From: Ilumatobacteraceae bacterium
GTDB taxonomy: Bacteria > Actinomycetota > Acidimicrobiia > Acidimicrobiales > Ilumatobacteraceae
DNA length: 64,000 nt
Assembly: GCA_035432905.1 (NCBI GenBank)
Contig: DAORTY010000001.1
Span: forward strand, 20,235 to 84,234
Direction: 5' to 3'
Every line of letters starts with the position of its first letter. Position 1 is the stretch's first letter. A program made the translations under genes and the position numbers. Positions 55,879-64,000 of this stretch are shown here, in pieces. The notes below the pieces were generated by a model, which worked only from the letters and a program-made list of their open reading frames with translations, made no database searches and was not told the DNA's origin.

Positions 55879-57666
55879 ATGAGCATCGATTCCGAACCGG
55901 ACGCGCTGCGCGAGAAGTACCAGAGCGAGCGCGACAAGCGTCTCCGCGGCGACGGTAACGAGCAGTACGTGGAGATGGTGGGGCAGTTCGCCCACTACCT
56001 GGAGGACCCCTACGTCGAGGTGAAGGAGCGGCCCGCGCTGCACGACGAGGTGGAGGTCGTGGTCATCGGCGGCGGTTTCGGCGGACTACTGGTCGGCGCC
56101 CGTCTGCGCGAAGCCGGCATCGAAGACATCCGGATGATCGAGAAGGGTGGCGACTTCGGCGGCACCTGGTACTGGAACCGCTACCCGGGCGCGGCGTGCG
56201 ACGTGGAGAGCTACGTCTACCTGCCGCTGCTGGAGGAAGTTGGCTACGTGCCGCGCAAGAAGTACGCGCCGGCTCCCGAGATCCTGGAGCACAGCCGCAA
56301 CATCGCCCGCCACTTCCGCCTCTACGACAATGCATGCCTCTCCACCGAGGTCACCGACATGACGTGGAACGATGCCGATCGCCGCTGGATCATCACCACC
56401 AACCGTGGCGACGAAATGCGTGCACGATTCGTGGTCATGGCCAACGGACCACTTCATCGTCCGAAGCTGCCGGGTATCCCCGGTGTCGAAGGTTTTCAGG
56501 GTCACTCGTTCCACACCAGCCGTTGGGATTACGACTACACGGGCGGCGACTCGACGGGCGGCCTCGATGGCTTGAGCGACAAGGTCGTGGGCATCATCGG
56601 TACCGGCGCGACCGCGGTGCAGTGCGTGCCGCATCTCGGCGCCGCAGCCAAGCAGCTCCTCGTGTTCCAGCGCACGCCCTCGTCCATCGATGTGCGCGAC
56701 GATCGGCCCACCGACCCCGAGTGGGAAGCGAAGCTGGAGCCCGGCTGGCAGAAGCGGCGGATGGACAACTTCAACAACCTCGTGTCGGGCATCCCAGAGT
56801 CCGAGGATCTGGTGAAGGACGGCTGGACCGACATCATCGGCAACCTGCTCATCCGTCTGCGCCAAGGCCAGGGCGGCAACATGAGCCCCGACGACATCGG
56901 CAAGGTGATGGAACTCGCCGACTTCGACAAGATGGAACAGATCCGCGCGCGAGTCGACGAGCTGATCGCCGACCCGTCGGTGGCCGAGTTGTTGAAGCCG
57001 TGGTATCGCCAGTTCTGCAAGCGCCCCTGCTTCCACGACGACTACCTGCCCACGTTCAACCGACCCAACGTCACGCTGGTCGACACCGATGGCAAGGGCG
57101 TCGACCGGATCAGCGAGCACAGCGTGTGGGCCAACGGCGTGGAGTATCCGGTGGACTGCCTGATCTACGCGACTGGCTTCGAGGTCGGTACCGACTACGC
57201 GCGTCGCGCCGGCTACGAGGTACACGGGCGTGATGGCATCACGCTGACCGAGAAATGGGCCGATGGTGCTGCCACCTTCCAGGGCTTCCACTCGCGTGGC
57301 TTCCCCAACTGCTTCATCGTCAGCATCGTGCAGTCCGGCTTCTCGGTGAACTTCCCGCACATGCTCGACGAGCAGGCGAAGCATCTCGGCTACATCCTGA
57401 ATCACGCTGAAACCGAAGGGCTGACGCTGATCGAGGCGACGCAGGACGCCGAGGATGCGTGGGTGCAGACCATCGTGGAGATGGCTCAGTTCAACGTGAA
57501 GTTCCTGGAGGCGTGCACGCCTGGCTACTACAACAACGAGGGCAGACCCGCTGAGCGCAGCGTGCGCAACGGCAGCTACGGCGGTGGCTCACCCGCGTTC
57601 ATCCGCGTGCTGGAGAAGTGGCGAGCCGAGGGCACGCTGCAGGGCCTCGAGCTCGCCTCCGACTGA
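55879..57666 (+). CDS. Baeyer-Villiger (type I flavin-dependent) monooxygenase
   Basis: It has VVVIGGGFGGL, GGTWYWNRYPGAACD, the BVMO fingerprint FQGHSFHTSRWD, and a second Rossmann motif VGIIGTGATAVQ. I prefer ATG 55879 over TTG 55876. Confidence 0.9.
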   Translation: MSIDSEPDALREKYQSERDKRLRGDGNEQYVEMVGQFAHYLEDPYVEVKERPALHDEVEVVVIGGGFGGLLVGARLREAGIEDIRMIEKGGDFGGTWYWNRYPGAACDVESYVYLPLLEEVGYVPRKKYAPAPEILEHSRNIARHFRLYDNACLSTEVTDMTWNDADRRWIITTNRGDEMRARFVVMANGPLHRPKLPGIPGVEGFQGHSFHTSRWDYDYTGGDSTGGLDGLSDKVVGIIGTGATAVQCVPHLGAAAKQLLVFQRTPSSIDVRDDRPTDPEWEAKLEPGWQKRRMDNFNNLVSGIPESEDLVKDGWTDIIGNLLIRLRQGQGGNMSPDDIGKVMELADFDKMEQIRARVDELIADPSVAELLKPWYRQFCKRPCFHDDYLPTFNRPNVTLVDTDGKGVDRISEHSVWANGVEYPVDCLIYATGFEVGTDYARRAGYEVHGRDGITLTEKWADGAATFQGFHSRGFPNCFIVSIVQSGFSVNFPHMLDEQAKHLGYILNHAETEGLTLIEATQDAEDAWVQTIVEMAQFNVKFLEACTPGYYNNEGRPAERSVRNGSYGGGSPAFIRVLEKWRAEGTLQGLELASD

Positions 57667-57675
57667 CATCACGAG

Positions 57676-58956
57676 TCAGCGGAGGTCTCCGACGGGCCCG
57701 ACCGGTTCGATGGCCTGTGGAACGCGCCAGATCATCAAGTTCTGACTGCGGGCGAACACAGCGGTCGCGATCAGGGTGCCCAACATGGTCAGTAGGCCGC
57801 CACCGACCATGGTCCACCGGGCGCCGTACCGCTCGGCGATCCAGCCCAGCATCGGTGCGCCCACGGGCGTACCGCCCATGAAGATGGCCAGGTACAGGGC
57901 CATGACGCGGCCCCGCACCGCAGCGTCGGTGGACATCTGCACGAGTGCATTGGCCGTGGTGATGAGCGTCAGCGCGGTGATGCCGCACAGCGGCAGCACG
58001 AGCGCGAACGTGGCGTAGTTCGGCATCAGTCCGGCCACCGTCTCGGTCGCTCCGAATGCCAGCGACGCGCCGATGACCAACCGTTGGCGTGACAATGGTC
58101 GCCGAGCGGAGAGCAGTGAACCGGCGAGAGATCCGATGGCCAGGATGGAACCAAGTAGCCCGTATTCGCCGGCACCCTTGTCGAACACTTCGGTGGCCAT
58201 CAGTGCGGTGGTCATCTGGAAGTTCAGGCCGAACGTGCCGGCCGAGAACACGATGGCCATGATCAGCATGATGTCGGGCCTACCGCGCACGTAGCGCAGG
58301 CCATCGCGAATCTGCCCCTTGCCGCGTGCCAACCGGTCGATCGGTGTCAGGTCGCTGGCGCGCATACGTTGGAGCGACACGAGTACCGCGATGTACGTGG
58401 CGGCGTTCACCAGGATGACCCAGCCGGTTGCGGCGGCACCCGAACCGAGGAGGGCGATGAGCCCGCCGGCCAGGGCCGGGCCGATCATGCGGGCAAGGTT
58501 GAACGACGCCGAGTTCAGCGCCACTGCGTTGGACAGCGTGGCCCGCGGCACCATCTCGTTGACGAACGCCTGGCGCGCCGGCGTGTCGAACGCCGCCGCC
58601 GTGCCGAACACGAACGCGATGACGTACACGTGCCAGGCAGCCACCCATCCGGCGACGGCCAGCAGCCCCAGCAGGCCGGCGGTGACCCCGAGCACCACCT
58701 GCGCCACCGCGATGACCCGTCGTTTCGAGAACCGGTCGGCGAACACGCCTGCCATCGGCGAGAACAGCAGCATCGGCAGGAACTGCAGACCGGTGGTGAT
58801 GCCTAGCGCCTTACCGCTGCCGGTGAGCTGGAGCACCAGCCAGTCCTGGGCGACGCGCTGCATCCATGTGCCGATGTTGGAGACCAGCGAACCGATCGCG
58901 AACAGGCGATAGTTGCGGATGCGGAGCGCGGTGAACGTGGAGCTTCTGCCGCTCAT
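57676..58956 (-). CDS. MFS transporter (EntS/MFS_3-like)
   Basis: 426 aa with 12 TM. It has FRIRNYRLFAIGSLVSNIGTWMQ and GVFADRFSKRR. Confidence 0.8.
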   Translation of the reverse strand: MSGRSSTFTALRIRNYRLFAIGSLVSNIGTWMQRVAQDWLVLQLTGSGKALGITTGLQFLPMLLFSPMAGVFADRFSKRRVIAVAQVVLGVTAGLLGLLAVAGWVAAWHVYVIAFVFGTAAAFDTPARQAFVNEMVPRATLSNAVALNSASFNLARMIGPALAGGLIALLGSGAAATGWVILVNAATYIAVLVSLQRMRASDLTPIDRLARGKGQIRDGLRYVRGRPDIMLIMAIVFSAGTFGLNFQMTTALMATEVFDKGAGEYGLLGSILAIGSLAGSLLSARRPLSRQRLVIGASLAFGATETVAGLMPNYATFALVLPLCGITALTLITTANALVQMSTDAAVRGRVMALYLAIFMGGTPVGAPMLGWIAERYGARWTMVGGGLLTMLGTLIATAVFARSQNLMIWRVPQAIEPVGPVGDLR

Positions 58957-59381
58957 GACAGTGCCAGCCGGTTGAGCAGAGGTGCAGCGTCGCGAAGTAC
59001 TTCGCGTTCGTCAGGGGTGAGTTCAGCCAGGCGGATCGCGAGCCACGCAGTGCGACGACGCCGGTTGTCGATCAGCAGTTCCCGCGCAGCATCCGTGAGG
59101 TCGACCACGACCTGGCGCCCGTCGACGTCGTGTGGTCTGCGCACCAGCAGCCCGGCGTCGGCCAGCGAGTTCGTGATGCGGGTCATGGAGGGCGGTTTCA
59201 CTCGTTCGATGTGCGCCAGCTCGCCGACGGTCAACTCGCCGTGCAGCTCGAGTGAACCGAGCGCTGCCAACTGGCTGAGGGTCAGGTCGGTGGAGCCGCG
59301 CTCCACCCGCAAACGGCGAGCGAGCCGCATGCTGCCCAACCGCAGCTCGCCGGCGAGGTCGATTTCGGGGGCGAGCGGCAC
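58953..59381 (-). CDS. MarR-family transcriptional regulator
   Basis: 142 aa. It has LTLSQLAALGSL, TVGELAHIERVKPPSMTRITNSL and DGRQVVVDLT. There is a 4-nt overlap with the MFS gene. Confidence 0.85.
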   Translation of the reverse strand: MPLAPEIDLAGELRLGSMRLARRLRVERGSTDLTLSQLAALGSLELHGELTVGELAHIERVKPPSMTRITNSLADAGLLVRRPHDVDGRQVVVDLTDAARELLIDNRRRRTAWLAIRLAELTPDEREVLRDAAPLLNRLALS

Positions 59382-59510
59382 GGTTGGATCATATCCTTAG
59401 CAATGCGAACGATCTTGGATGTTTTCGGACGCTGCGTTCCGTCAACCGTCGAGGACGTGCAGGACCGTGCCATCGATGCGGAGGTGGCTACAGCGAATAG
59501 TCTCGCCGTC

Positions 59511-60200
59511 ATGCGACTCACGCCGACCGACCGCGACCGGCTGCTGATCTTCACGGCGGCTGAACTGGCGCGTGCGCGACGGGCGCGCGGCCTGCAGCTC
59601 AATGTGCCAGAGGCAACCGCCCTGATAGCCGACACCGTGTGCGAGGCGGCTCGTGATGGTGTGCGGTTGATGGAGGCTGCGGCCATGGGTGCCAGCGTGC
59701 TCACCGAGGCTGATGTGCTGCCGGGGGTCGCGGACATCGTGACCGAGGTGAAGGTGGAGGCCGTGTTCGACGACGGCACGCGGATGGTGGTGGTACGCAA
59801 CCCGTTCGGCGAGGGTGCCGGGATGGGGTCGGACGCGCCCGGAGCTGTGCTCGTCGCGGCCCGCGAGTCGGTCGAGCTGTCGGGTCTTGTGTACCTGACC
59901 GTCACCAACACGTCGGACGTGCCGGTCAGCATCACGTCGCACTTCCACTTCTTCGAGGTCAACCCGCGGTTGTCGTTCGACCGGAGCCTGGCGTACGGGA
60001 TGCGACTGGCGATTCCCGCCGGGGCGGCGAAGCGGTTCGAGCCCGGCGAGCCGACGCAGGCGCCGCTGGTGCCGATCGGCGGTGCTCGGATCGCCATCGG
60101 GTTCGCAGGCCTGGTCGATGGGCCGCTGGACGCGCCCGGGGCCAAGCAAGCCGCACTCGCTCGTGCCACCGAACAGGGCTACCTGGGGGCGGCATCATGA
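59511..60200 (+). CDS. Urease gamma-beta fused structural subunit
   Basis: ORF 59403..60200 taken from ATG 59511: MRLTPTDRDRLLIFTAAELARARRARGLQLNVPEA (UreA start). The UreB part is VTNTSDVPVSITSHFHFFEVNPRLSFDR...GMRLAIPAG. Confidence 0.85.
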   Translation: MRLTPTDRDRLLIFTAAELARARRARGLQLNVPEATALIADTVCEAARDGVRLMEAAAMGASVLTEADVLPGVADIVTEVKVEAVFDDGTRMVVVRNPFGEGAGMGSDAPGAVLVAARESVELSGLVYLTVTNTSDVPVSITSHFHFFEVNPRLSFDRSLAYGMRLAIPAGAAKRFEPGEPTQAPLVPIGGARIAIGFAGLVDGPLDAPGAKQAALARATEQGYLGAAS

Positions 60201-62026
60201 GCGGCTCGGACTCGCACGATCACGGCCACTCACACGGTCACGGCCACTCACACGATCACGGCCACTCACACGGGCAGCGCCATTCGCACGGCGAGTTCGA
60301 GCACAGCCACGACGACGGTGCGGTGCCACACAGTCACGTTCACACAGATGAGATCCTGCCCGACGCGTACGCCGCCATCCACGGTCCCACCGTCGGCGAC
60401 AGGGTGCGCCTCGGCGACACCGGTCTGGTGATCCAGATCGAGTACGACGCGCAGCAGCGCGGCAACGAGTTCCTCGCCGGCTTCGGCAAGACCGCCCGCG
60501 ACGGCTTGCTGTTGAAGGCGGCTGCCGTTCGTGATACCTGCGACGTGGTCATCTCCAACGTCGTCATCATCGATGCCACCCGTCGTATCGGCAAGGTCAG
60601 TATCGGCATTCGCGAGGGTCGCATCTGCAGTGTCGGTCGTGCTGGCAACCCCGACATGCAAGACGGAGTCGACGTCGTTGTCGGTACCGGCACCACCATC
60701 ATCAGCGGCGAGGGTCTGATCGCCACCGCCGGCGCGATCGACACGCACGTGCATCTGATGTCGCCTCGCATCATGGAGGCGTCGCTCGCATCGGGTGTCA
60801 CCTCGATCATCGGGCAGGAGTTCGGGCCGGTGTGGGGCGTGGGTGTCAACTCGCCGTGGGCCTTGCGGCACGCGTTCAACAGCTTCGATCAGTGGCCCGT
60901 CAACATCGGCTTCCTGGGTCGCGGCTCGTCGTCGAACGATGCGCCGCTGATCGAGGCGCTCGTCGAAGGCGGTGCCTGCGGCTTCAAGGTGCACGAGGAC
61001 ATGGGCGCGCACACTCGCGCACTCGACACCGCTCTGAATGTGGCGGAAGCGTTCGACGTACAGGTCGCGCTGCACACAGACGGCCTCAACGAGTGCCTCT
61101 CGGTGGAGGACACGTTGAGCGTGTTGGCCGGACGCACCATCCACGCCTTTCACATCGAGGGCTGCGGCGGCGGGCACGTGCCCGACGTGTTGAAGCTGGC
61201 CGGCGTGGCGAACGTGATCGGTTCGTCCACCAACCCCACGCTGCCGTTCGGACGCGATGCGCTCGACGAGCACTACGAGATGATCTTCGCTGCTCACGGT
61301 CTGAACCACCACTCGCATTCCGACCATGCGATGGTCACCGATCGCATCCGCAACGGAACAATGGGAGCAGAGGGTGTGCTGCACGATCTCGGTGTCATCG
61401 GCATCACGTCCAGCGATGCGCAGGGGATGGGGCGTGCCGGTGAGACCGTCCGGCGTACGTTCCAGTTGGCAGCGAAGAACAAGCAGGACCTGCTGACCGA
61501 GCCGACGGTGCACGACAACGATCGCGTGCGCCAGTACATGGCCAAGCTCACCATCAACCCAGCGATCGCACACGGCTTGTCGCACGAGATCGGTTCGCTC
61601 GACGTGGGCAAGCTGGCCGACATCGTGCTCTGGCGACCAGACCACTTCGGTGCCAAGCCGCAGCTGGTGCTCAAGGCCGGCTTCCCCGCGTACGGCGTCA
61701 CCGGCGATCCCAACGCCACCACCGATTCGTGCCAGCCACTGGTGATGGGCCCGCAGTTCGGTTCGTACGGCTCGACCGCGGCCGACCTCTCGGTGGCCTT
61801 CGTCAGTCAGGCTGCCATCGATGCCGGCGACGACCACATGACCACGCGCCGCCGCCGTGTCGCCGTGAAGGGCACGCGCAACATCGGCCCGGCCGACATG
61901 GTGCTGAACAACAGGCTGGGCACCGTCGACGTCGACGCGACGACAGGCATGGTGTCGTTCGACGGCGAACGCGTCTACTCGGCGCCGTCGGAGTCCGTGT
62001 CACTCAGCCGCCTCTACTTCCTCTGA
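60197..62026 (+). CDS. ureC: Urease alpha subunit with a ~45-aa N-terminal His-rich extension
   Basis: 609 aa. The extension is SHDHGHSHGHGHSHDHGHSHGQRHSHGEFEHSHDDGAVPHSHVH. Catalytic motifs are intact: AIDTHVHLMSP, GFKVHEDMG (carbamyl-Lys), HTDGLNE, HIEGCGGGH, SSDAQGMGR. There is an ATGA overlap upstream. Confidence 0.9.
   Translation: MSGSDSHDHGHSHGHGHSHDHGHSHGQRHSHGEFEHSHDDGAVPHSHVHTDEILPDAYAAIHGPTVGDRVRLGDTGLVIQIEYDAQQRGNEFLAGFGKTARDGLLLKAAAVRDTCDVVISNVVIIDATRRIGKVSIGIREGRICSVGRAGNPDMQDGVDVVVGTGTTIISGEGLIATAGAIDTHVHLMSPRIMEASLASGVTSIIGQEFGPVWGVGVNSPWALRHAFNSFDQWPVNIGFLGRGSSSNDAPLIEALVEGGACGFKVHEDMGAHTRALDTALNVAEAFDVQVALHTDGLNECLSVEDTLSVLAGRTIHAFHIEGCGGGHVPDVLKLAGVANVIGSSTNPTLPFGRDALDEHYEMIFAAHGLNHHSHSDHAMVTDRIRNGTMGAEGVLHDLGVIGITSSDAQGMGRAGETVRRTFQLAAKNKQDLLTEPTVHDNDRVRQYMAKLTINPAIAHGLSHEIGSLDVGKLADIVLWRPDHFGAKPQLVLKAGFPAYGVTGDPNATTDSCQPLVMGPQFGSYGSTAADLSVAFVSQAAIDAGDDHMTTRRRRVAVKGTRNIGPADMVLNNRLGTVDVDATTGMVSFDGERVYSAPSESVSLSRLYFL
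60218..60271 (+). repeat. In-frame 18-nt tandem repeat (3 units) encoding DHGHSH/GHGHSH
   Basis: GATCACGGCCACTCACAC / GGTCACGGCCACTCACAC / GATCACGGCCACTCACAC, read directly from the sequence. Confidence 0.9.
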
Positions 62027-62047
62027 TCGCGCAAGGAGTCTCCTCAC

Positions 62048-63097
62048 ATGACCACGCCTCGCCTCGCCGGCTTCTCGATGCCTCCCGAGTGGGCGCCGCA
62101 CGAGCGCACCTGGATGGAGTTCCCGCCCGCCAATGAGGGCTTCGGCGACGGCAGCGATGGACTGTTGGGCACTGTTCGGGAGGTGTGGGCCAGCGTGGCC
62201 AACACCATCAACCGTTTCGAACCGGTGTCGCTGGTGTGCAACCTCGGCGATGGTTCCGTTGCACGCACATTGGTCGACGAGTCGATCGAGATCCATGAGA
62301 CGCCGATCGGTGACTCGTGGGCTCGCGACAGCGGCCCCACGTTCCTGACGCACCCTGACGGGCGGTTGGGCGCGACCCATTGGAAGTTCAACGGTTGGGG
62401 CGATGCCGGCTTCTCCGACTGGACCGACGAGCAGCACGTCGGTGCCTTCATGGCGGGCCTTGCGGGGGCCGAACTGTTCAGCTCGCCGATGGTCAACGAG
62501 GGCGGCGGCATCCACGTCGATGGCGAGGGCACCGTGCTGTGCACCACCACCGTGCAGCTCGACCCCGGTCGCAACCCGACGATGAACGCCGAGTCGGTGG
62601 AGACCGAGGTCAAGGCGTACCTCGGTGTCAGCTCGATCATCTGGCTGCCGCGTGGGCTCACCAGGGACTACGACCGTTTCGGCACTCGCGGGCATGTCGA
62701 CATCTGTGCCTGTTTCGTGCGGCCGGGTGTGCTGCTGGCCCACCGCCAGACCGACCCATCGCACCCCGACTTCGAGGTGACCAACGAGTACATCGAGCTG
62801 CTGCGTGGGTCGACCGATGCCAAGGGTCGTGAGCTGGAAGTGATCGAGGTGCCGGCCCCTGTGCAGACCCGCGATGCCGACGGTGAGTTGGTCGACTGGA
62901 GCTACCTCAACCACTACATCTGTAACGGTGCGGTGATCCTGTGCAGCTTCGACGACCCGAACGACGAAGCCGCCGCGTCGATCCTGGAAGGCGTCTACCC
63001 GGGTCGTGAGATCGTGCTGCACGACGCCCGCGACATCTTCGCCGCCGGCGGTGGCATCCACTGCATCACCCAACAACAACCGGCGATCGAGCCGTGA
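62048..63097 (+). CDS. aguA: Agmatine deiminase
   Basis: 349 aa. It has MPPEWAPHERTWM, DSWARDSGPTF and the C-terminal catalytic-Cys motif GGGIHCITQQQP. Confidence 0.85.
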   Translation: MTTPRLAGFSMPPEWAPHERTWMEFPPANEGFGDGSDGLLGTVREVWASVANTINRFEPVSLVCNLGDGSVARTLVDESIEIHETPIGDSWARDSGPTFLTHPDGRLGATHWKFNGWGDAGFSDWTDEQHVGAFMAGLAGAELFSSPMVNEGGGIHVDGEGTVLCTTTVQLDPGRNPTMNAESVETEVKAYLGVSSIIWLPRGLTRDYDRFGTRGHVDICACFVRPGVLLAHRQTDPSHPDFEVTNEYIELLRGSTDAKGRELEVIEVPAPVQTRDADGELVDWSYLNHYICNGAVILCSFDDPNDEAAASILEGVYPGREIVLHDARDIFAAGGGIHCITQQQPAIEP

Positions 63098-63504
63098 GCG
63101 TTGTGTGCGAGTGGCGTGGGTCGTTCAGCAATCAGGAACTCAACGTGCTGCATGCTGAAGCGTTCGAGACCCGCGTGTTCACTGCAGCTGAGTGTGACTC
63201 GGTGCGCCAGACGGTCAAGAACAGCCTCGGATGGGTGACTGCTCGCAGCGATGGGCAGCTGGTCGGGTTTGTGAACGTGCCATGGGATGGCGCGGTGCAC
63301 GCCTGGCTGCAGGACACGATGGTTGCCGTCGCGACTCGTGGCAATGACGTTGGCTCGGGTGTCGTGGCGGTCGCGCGCGAGCACGCAAGAGCTGCGGGTT
63401 GCGAATGGCTGCACGTCGATTTCGACGACCACCTGCGATCGTTCTACTTCGACGCCTGCGGCTTTCGCCCGACCAACGCCGGCCTCATCGCCCTGCAGGA
63501 GTAG
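63094..63504 (+). CDS. GNAT-family N-acetyltransferase
   Basis: 136 aa with a 4-nt overlap with aguA. It has VAVATRGNDVGSGVVAVAREHARAAG (the acetyl-CoA Q/RxxGxG/A-like region) and FYFDACGFRP. Confidence 0.7.
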   Translation: MSVVCEWRGSFSNQELNVLHAEAFETRVFTAAECDSVRQTVKNSLGWVTARSDGQLVGFVNVPWDGAVHAWLQDTMVAVATRGNDVGSGVVAVAREHARAAGCEWLHVDFDDHLRSFYFDACGFRPTNAGLIALQE

Positions 63505-63553
63505 CACGTTGGTGCTGTGAGGTATCGGGAGTGCTCTGAGTGGTTGCAACGGT

Positions 63554-64000
63554 TCAGCTGAACCGCTGTCGCTGGTTCCAGGCGGTTCGCCAGGGGTCGT
63601 GCCACGGGGTGTTGGAGAACAGGGTCATGAGGGTCCAGTCGAGGTCGAGGTGGTCGCCTTGCCACTGGCAGCGACCGTCGGCGGCCTGGCGGGCGTGGGC
63701 GTGGACATTGTCGGGGTTGCCGCGTTGTGTGACGACGGTTGCCGGGAGCGTCCGGCCGTTGGGGAGGGTGAATTCGATGGTGCCGTCGGGGAGTCGTGTG
63801 GCGTGCCAGTGGCCTTCGTGGAGGCGATGGTGGTGGTAGGCGCAGACGAGTAGCAGGTTGTCGATGTGATCGGTTCCGCCGTGACCGCGGTGGTGCAGGT
63901 GGTGGATCTCGCGGCGGGCGCGGTGGTCGCAGCCTGGTACCCGACATGTGCGGTCGCGTAGTTGTACGAGGCGTCGTAGGCGGCCGCGGATGACGCTGCT
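63554..64000 (-). CDS. HNH endonuclease (DUF222/13E12-type) C-terminal part; the gene starts beyond the window end
   Basis: Not in the ORF track because it is edge-truncated. Manual minus-strand translation gives ...RTCRVPGCDHRARREIHHLHHRGHGGTDHIDNLLLVCAYHHHRLHEGHWHATRLPDGTIEFTLPNGR...WNQRQRFS*, with the stop as the complement of 63554-63556. This is the classic HNH motif. Confidence 0.8.
   Translation of the reverse strand, partial: SSVIRGRLRRLVQLRDRTCRVPGCDHRARREIHHLHHRGHGGTDHIDNLLLVCAYHHHRLHEGHWHATRLPDGTIEFTLPNGRTLPATVVTQRGNPDNVHAHARQAADGRCQWQGDHLDLDWTLMTLFSNTPWHDPWRTAWNQRQRFS

Noticed and set aside
59511-62026. Urease genes considered as a decaying or pseudogenised remnant because ureDEFG are absent
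   Set aside because: Both ORFs are intact, translationally coupled, and retain all catalytic and Ni-ligand motifs. The accessory genes may simply be located elsewhere.

Overview
A 64 kb stretch of very GC-rich chromosome, probably from an actinobacterium. The taxon is inferred from gene content: F420-type luciferase-like oxidoreductase, MMPL transporter, MtrAB/LpqB-like three-gene set, and a DUF222/HNH '13E12-type' gene. I support about 72 protein-coding genes, two of them truncated by the window edges. I found no rRNA, tRNA, CRISPR array, integrase or IS element. The content is mostly housekeeping and stress physiology: sufBCD-sufT, ilvA, otsA, a urease structural pair, and many redox enzymes (PNPOx/FDOR-like, nitroreductase, LLM, BVMO, 2OG and PhyH oxygenases). 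There are also several metal, metalloid, sulfide and NO-stress modules: arsR-arsI/cadI-acr3, two hemerythrin/RIC proteins, a truncated haemoglobin, and a CsoR-family regulator with persulfide dioxygenase-rhodanese and TauE genes. The most unusual item is a tightly coupled nine-gene operon at 36182-43296. It combines a NarI-type dihaem cytochrome b, a signal-less molybdopterin oxidoreductase, a 4x[4Fe-4S] ferredoxin, a Tat-motif Rieske protein, a tiny membrane protein, a TDT/TehA-type transporter and a CopD-like protein, and is led by an eRF1-like small protein and a truncated RIC hemerythrin. From memory, no characterised Mo-enzyme system has this subunit set. Other signals not explained by ordinary annotation are listed here. 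(1) A family of ~60-nt conserved hairpin repeats at gene boundaries, four copies, all on the + strand. (2) Three ATACCCC..GGGGTAT operators that tie a Cys-x-Cys (CstR-like) regulator to a cstB-like/tauE operon and, unexpectedly, to an MMPL transporter. (3) An HMA + (HHDSN)n + RIC fusion protein. (4) A urease alpha subunit with an N-terminal HGHSH repeat tract and no accessory genes nearby. All functional calls rest on motif and family recognition from the translated ORFs, since no database search was possible. Many long ORFs in the six-frame track are antisense or out-of-frame shadows typical of high-GC DNA and were rejected.
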